Shown: in pieces, positions 60,203 to 64,000 of the stretch
Layout: each line of letters starts with the position of its first letter
Numbering within the stretch: the first letter of the stretch is position 1
Source: Ignavibacteriae bacterium HGW-Ignavibacteriae-1
GTDB taxonomy: Bacteria; Bacteroidota; Ignavibacteria; Kapaibacteriales; UBA2268
DNA: 64,000 bases
Assembly: GCA_002839825.1 (NCBI GenBank)
Contig: PGYU01000011.1
Span: 3,218 to 67,217, forward strand
Direction: 5' to 3'
Position numbers and translations under genes: made by a program
Notes under the pieces: model-generated
Databases searched by the model: none
Seen by the model: the letters and a program-made list of their open reading frames with translations, nothing else
What the model was told of the DNA's origin: nothing

Positions 60203-61807
60203 CTAATTGCTAATTGCGGCTTTCTGAAGTGTTGCCCATTTGTTGGAGAGCCAAATAATTCGCTGAAAAAGGTCGGTGATGTAGAGTAGCAGTGGTTTAT
60301 CTTCGGCTTGAATGTCGGAGTCCAAACTTAGATATTGCTTGCGGATGCGTTCCATCAAATCGCCGCGGTCATTTGTTGCGTTAATTACCATCATCAAATC
60401 GAAATTGTCGCGTGATTTGGCGGCATCGGATACGAGCGAAATATTTGCGTGAAGTGATTGGACAAGATTTTCGAGCAATTGATTTACGCTTCCCTGAATA
60501 TTGGAAAGGCGAATAGTATCGGCAAGATTAAACAAACTTAATTCGATAGAGCGAATTTGATTTTGGCGATTTTGAATATTGATAAATCTTTCGGAAGTTT
60601 GATGCGAAAGATTCATATTAATGACATTTTTGAGGAAATTGTCAAGTTCGTCCAGAATAGGTAGAGTTGATTTATGGAGTAAATTTAAATCAATTAAATC
60701 ATTATTAACATCTTTCATCACATTTTCTAAATACATCGGAAATCGTTTAATGATTCTTTCTTGTTCGCTTTCAACAAGTGTGAGAGCCGTTTCCACATCG
60801 CGTAATGAATGTTCGTTGATGTACTGCAATTTAGATAGATTTTCTTCAGTTAGCGGCGGGCTAACTCTGACGAGCATTCTGTAGATAGGATTATAAAAAA
60901 ATGTCATAATAATGACTGGCACAATTTTAACAGCGAAAAAGGTATATGCAGTTTGTTGCTCGATTGTTTTTCCAATTGTGGAAATGAAACTGTAAAACAT
61001 GGGAATATGTGTAGCAAATTCGATGGCAAACAGTAGTAGCATTATCGCAGAAGCTGAATATGCTTCGTATACCTTGAATAATGATAATTGCCGCGAAGTG
61101 CCTTTCATTCCCGCAGACATGATATATACAATAAATCCTTCGCCAAATCCCATTCCGAAAACCATTAGCACAACTTGCTCCAGCCCAATCAATCCGGCAT
61201 GGCTGATAGTCATAATCAAAACCGTTACTGTAGATGAGGAATGAATAATAAAGCGAAGAAATGCTCCGAGCACAATCGGATAAATGTACGAACCTGATGT
61301 AAAGGAAAAGAGTGAATTAATAAAATCTAATTCTGCAAAGGGTTGGGAGCCAGTCTTGAGCAGTTGAAATCCAAAGAGCAGAATGCTAATTCCGAATACG
61401 GTGCTGAAAACATGCTCTCGGCGACTACCTTTGTCAAAGCCGTACATGATACCGCTCAAACCGAGCATGACTAAGATAGCCAACTTCATATTGATAGCAA
61501 CAAGGAAAATCAACAGAGTTGTACCAACATTAGACCAAGCTACAATCGGCATGGCATTTCGCACCTTAACCAATCCACTGTTTACTAAGCTAATGAGAAT
61601 GAATGCTGTATTGGAGCTGCTTTGGGAAATCGCCCCTGATAAAAATCCCCATAATGCACCTAAGAAACTATTGCCTGTCCATTTGGATACTAATATCCTA
61701 AATTTATGGCTTGTCATGTTTTTCAGGCTATTCCCCACGATTTTCACACCGCTGAAAAACATCCCAATTCCGGCTAACATCGTGCCGATAGTTTCTAATA
61801 AATCCAT
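60203..61807 (-). CDS. Na/Pi cotransporter family protein with PhoU-like C-terminus
   Basis: QSSS and HSSS repeats, SNVGTT, many TM helices. Confidence 0.88.
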   Translation of the reverse strand: MDLLETIGTMLAGIGMFFSGVKIVGNSLKNMTSHKFRILVSKWTGNSFLGALWGFLSGAISQSSSNTAFILISLVNSGLVKVRNAMPIVAWSNVGTTLLIFLVAINMKLAILVMLGLSGIMYGFDKGSRREHVFSTVFGISILLFGFQLLKTGSQPFAELDFINSLFSFTSGSYIYPIVLGAFLRFIIHSSSTVTVLIMTISHAGLIGLEQVVLMVFGMGFGEGFIVYIMSAGMKGTSRQLSLFKVYEAYSASAIMLLLFAIEFATHIPMFYSFISTIGKTIEQQTAYTFFAVKIVPVIIMTFFYNPIYRMLVRVSPPLTEENLSKLQYINEHSLRDVETALTLVESEQERIIKRFPMYLENVMKDVNNDLIDLNLLHKSTLPILDELDNFLKNVINMNLSHQTSERFINIQNRQNQIRSIELSLFNLADTIRLSNIQGSVNQLLENLVQSLHANISLVSDAAKSRDNFDLMMVINATNDRGDLMERIRKQYLSLDSDIQAEDKPLLLYITDLFQRIIWLSNKWATLQKAAISN

Positions 61808-61915
61808 TATTTAATATTTAAATTTTTAATACTCAAACAATACAATTTAGCATTTAAAAATAACTTACATGTTAATCTAATGTTAAGTTTGCGTTAATTA
61901 TTAATATATCAATTT

Positions 61916-62467
61916 TCAAAGGTAAATTAATAATAATAATATTGGGATAATAATCCCCACAGAAACAAACCATTTACCACGTCCTGTCAGCCCTTTTTTA
62001 CCTTGCAAAACAAACATTCCCGTAATTGCCAATAAAATTAAACCTAAGCAATATAAATCTGAAAATAAAGTCCAAACAATTCCGGGATTATAATGCAAGA
62101 AATTCATTTCCCATAAAAGCGGCTTTTTCGTTAGCCATTCAATTCTTGCATCGCCTGTTCGGATGTCAATTTCCATATTATTAAATCCAAAAAAAACGAG
62201 CACTTTAGTCGTGTCCTCGAAAAAGAAACTTTTGTAATGGTTTTCTTGGTCGAATTTTGAAAGCACTTTCAAAATATCGTCTTTGAAAATATCTACATGA
62301 TGATTTGGGATTTCCACTTTTGTGTTTTCGATTCTCAGATTAAAGCTCGGATTCCAATCGCTGCGATGATTGATAGCAATTCCGGAAATTGCATAAATCA
62401 ATGTCATAGCAACAAAAAAATACCCAATATCCCGATGCAACAAATTATTCAGTTTTCTCCAACGCAT
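61916..62467 (-). CDS. PepSY-associated TM-helix protein
   Basis: LHRDIGYF....TLIYAISGIAINH, MNFLH, W..FSD; ATG overlaps the upstream TGA. Confidence 0.8.
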   Translation of the reverse strand: MRWRKLNNLLHRDIGYFFVAMTLIYAISGIAINHRSDWNPSFNLRIENTKVEIPNHHVDIFKDDILKVLSKFDQENHYKSFFFEDTTKVLVFFGFNNMEIDIRTGDARIEWLTKKPLLWEMNFLHYNPGIVWTLFSDLYCLGLILLAITGMFVLQGKKGLTGRGKWFVSVGIIIPILLLLIYL

Positions 62468-63567
62468 CAGCTTTGCTCCACAAATTCGAGCACAGCATCG
62501 CAAACTTTGGTAACGTCATCGCTATTCAAATGGTCGCCCATTGGCAAGCTCAGAAGTTGTGAATCCCATTTGACGGCATTCATGTAGCTTGTGTCTTGGT
62601 CAATATAACTATAAGCCTTCAATCGCGGCAAAGCGACGGGATAGTGATAGCCGGTTTGGATTTCCTTTTTGTTCAAGAATTCAGCTAATTGCTTATTTTG
62701 TTGGCTACGGATAACGAATAAATGCCAAACTTGATATTTGCCGTCGGTGTTTTTGGGCAAAGTGATTCCGTCAACATCGCCAAGGCGCTCCATATAATAT
62801 TCTGCAGCGGCGTTTCGGATGGCATTCCATTTGTCGAGATGATACAGCTTGAAATACAAAATTGCAGCATTGATGCCATCAAGCCGCGAGTTGCGACCTT
62901 CGAAATCGTGATGATATTTTACCGCACTTCCGTGATTGGCTATCATTCTGCACTTTTGGGCATAATCGAAATTCTTCATCACAATCGCTCCACCATCGCC
63001 ATAAGCACCCAAATTTTTGCCCGGATAGAAGCTGAATGTAGCAATATCGCCGAAATTGCCGACCTTGATGCCTTGATAAGTGGCGCCGTGTGCTTGGGCA
63101 CAATCTTCGATTAATTTCAGTTTGTGCTTATTGGCGATTTGAATCAAACCATCCATATCGCAAGGATTTCCATACAAGTGAACAGCCATTATAGCCGAAG
63201 TGTTTGGGTTGATTTGCTTTTCCAAATCTGCGAGGTCAATGTTGTAGTCATCGCCAACATCGCAGAAACGTACTTTGCAGCCCGAACGAGTGACCGCCTC
63301 CGATGATGCAATGAAAGAATTAGCCGGAACTATAATTTCGCTGCTTTTAGGCAAATCGAGCGCTTCAATAGCAATTTCGAGTGCGTCCGTTCCGTTTGCG
63401 ACACCGATACAGTGATTGATTTTGAGATATTCTGCGAAGGATTCTTCAAATTGCTTGACGTATTTGCCGCCTACGAAGGCAGTGTCGTTGATTACCGATG
63501 AGATTGCGTGGTCTATTTCGCCTTTGATAGACAAATATTGCTTTTTTAAGTCTAAGAATTTTACCAT
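62467..63567 (-). CDS. DegT/DnrJ/EryC1/StrS aminotransferase
   Basis: NGTDAL, VHLYG, EDCAQAHG, SFYPGKNLGAYGDGG, NSRLD. Confidence 0.95.
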   Translation of the reverse strand: MVKFLDLKKQYLSIKGEIDHAISSVINDTAFVGGKYVKQFEESFAEYLKINHCIGVANGTDALEIAIEALDLPKSSEIIVPANSFIASSEAVTRSGCKVRFCDVGDDYNIDLADLEKQINPNTSAIMAVHLYGNPCDMDGLIQIANKHKLKLIEDCAQAHGATYQGIKVGNFGDIATFSFYPGKNLGAYGDGGAIVMKNFDYAQKCRMIANHGSAVKYHHDFEGRNSRLDGINAAILYFKLYHLDKWNAIRNAAAEYYMERLGDVDGITLPKNTDGKYQVWHLFVIRSQQNKQLAEFLNKKEIQTGYHYPVALPRLKAYSYIDQDTSYMNAVKWDSQLLSLPMGDHLNSDDVTKVCDAVLEFVEQS

Positions 63568-63685
63568 TTCATTTTCTTTTGTTAAAATCAAAATGTAAAA
63601 ATAAGTCTTTTTGAGCAACTAAAACAAAGTATGACGCTACATTTAATTATCTTTGGAAATATTTATGTTGCAGATTTAAAGGAAA

Positions 63686-64000
63686 ATGAAAATGATTGAG
63701 CGACCTTTCATAGCGATTGACCGAAATAAAATGATTACGAATTTGGAAATGATGCACCGCAAAGCAGTTTCGAGCGGCTGCAAATTTGTCCCACATCTAA
63801 AAACGCATCATTCAGCATCACTAATGCCATATTATTACGAGCTTAGAATCACGGAGTTTACTGTATCGTCAATTCAGATGGCTGAATATTTTGTAGCAAA
63901 TGGTGTACAAAACATAACGATTGCATTTCCGGCAGATGTGAGCAAAATTGAAAATCTCAATCAAATGGCATCAAAAGCTGAAATCAGCATTTTTGTAGAT
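63686..64000 (+). CDS. PLP fold-III enzyme (D-threonine aldolase/DSD1-like), runs off window end
   Basis: Not in the ORF track. MKMIERPFIAIDRNKMITNL...FVPHLKTHHS...TVSSIQMAEYF. Confidence 0.75.
   Translation, partial: MKMIERPFIAIDRNKMITNLEMMHRKAVSSGCKFVPHLKTHHSASLMPYYYELRITEFTVSSIQMAEYFVANGVQNITIAFPADVSKIENLNQMASKAEISIFVD

Noticed and set aside
58330-60387. 197-bp repeat as a DGR template/variable repeat pair
   Set aside because: Mismatches are not adenine-specific, are mostly synonymous, the gene is a transporter, and no reverse transcriptase is in the window.

Overview
AT-rich bacterial chromosome segment from the FCB group (Bacteroidota/Kapabacteria/Ignavibacteria-like: T9SS C-terminal domain, TAnnTTTG promoters). 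Bases 1-26.9 kb are mostly housekeeping genes: glgP (partial), hemW, a PiT transporter, murA, a NRAMP-like transporter, an LD-carboxypeptidase, a long RelA/SpoT protein with a degenerate synthetase domain, a GH57 branching enzyme, and a wzx-glf-ubiA-dprE1-dprE2-like furanose glycan cluster. Bases ~26.9-60.2 kb are an accessory region with almost all genes on the minus strand. From ~38 kb it consists of about 13 stacked modules: a -33/-7 promoter, an attI-like site (minus-strand GTAAAT-AAAYGA-GTT), 1-3 cargo genes and an attC-like end. No integrase gene is visible in the window. Two complete attC-like hairpins (58558-58691, 59465-59597) sit in a two-cassette unit flanked by a 197-bp duplication of a host gene's 3' end. 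Most other attC-like sites are cut in half by the next module and several lose G on the coding strand toward the junction. Cargo includes a DUF262/ParB-like + HEPN gene pair, Mrr, a Bro-N/Fic fusion, OmpA/DUF1566/FISUMP surface proteins, an ABC exporter, AhpD and TerC. All calls come from reading the sequence and recognising motifs; no database search was run.
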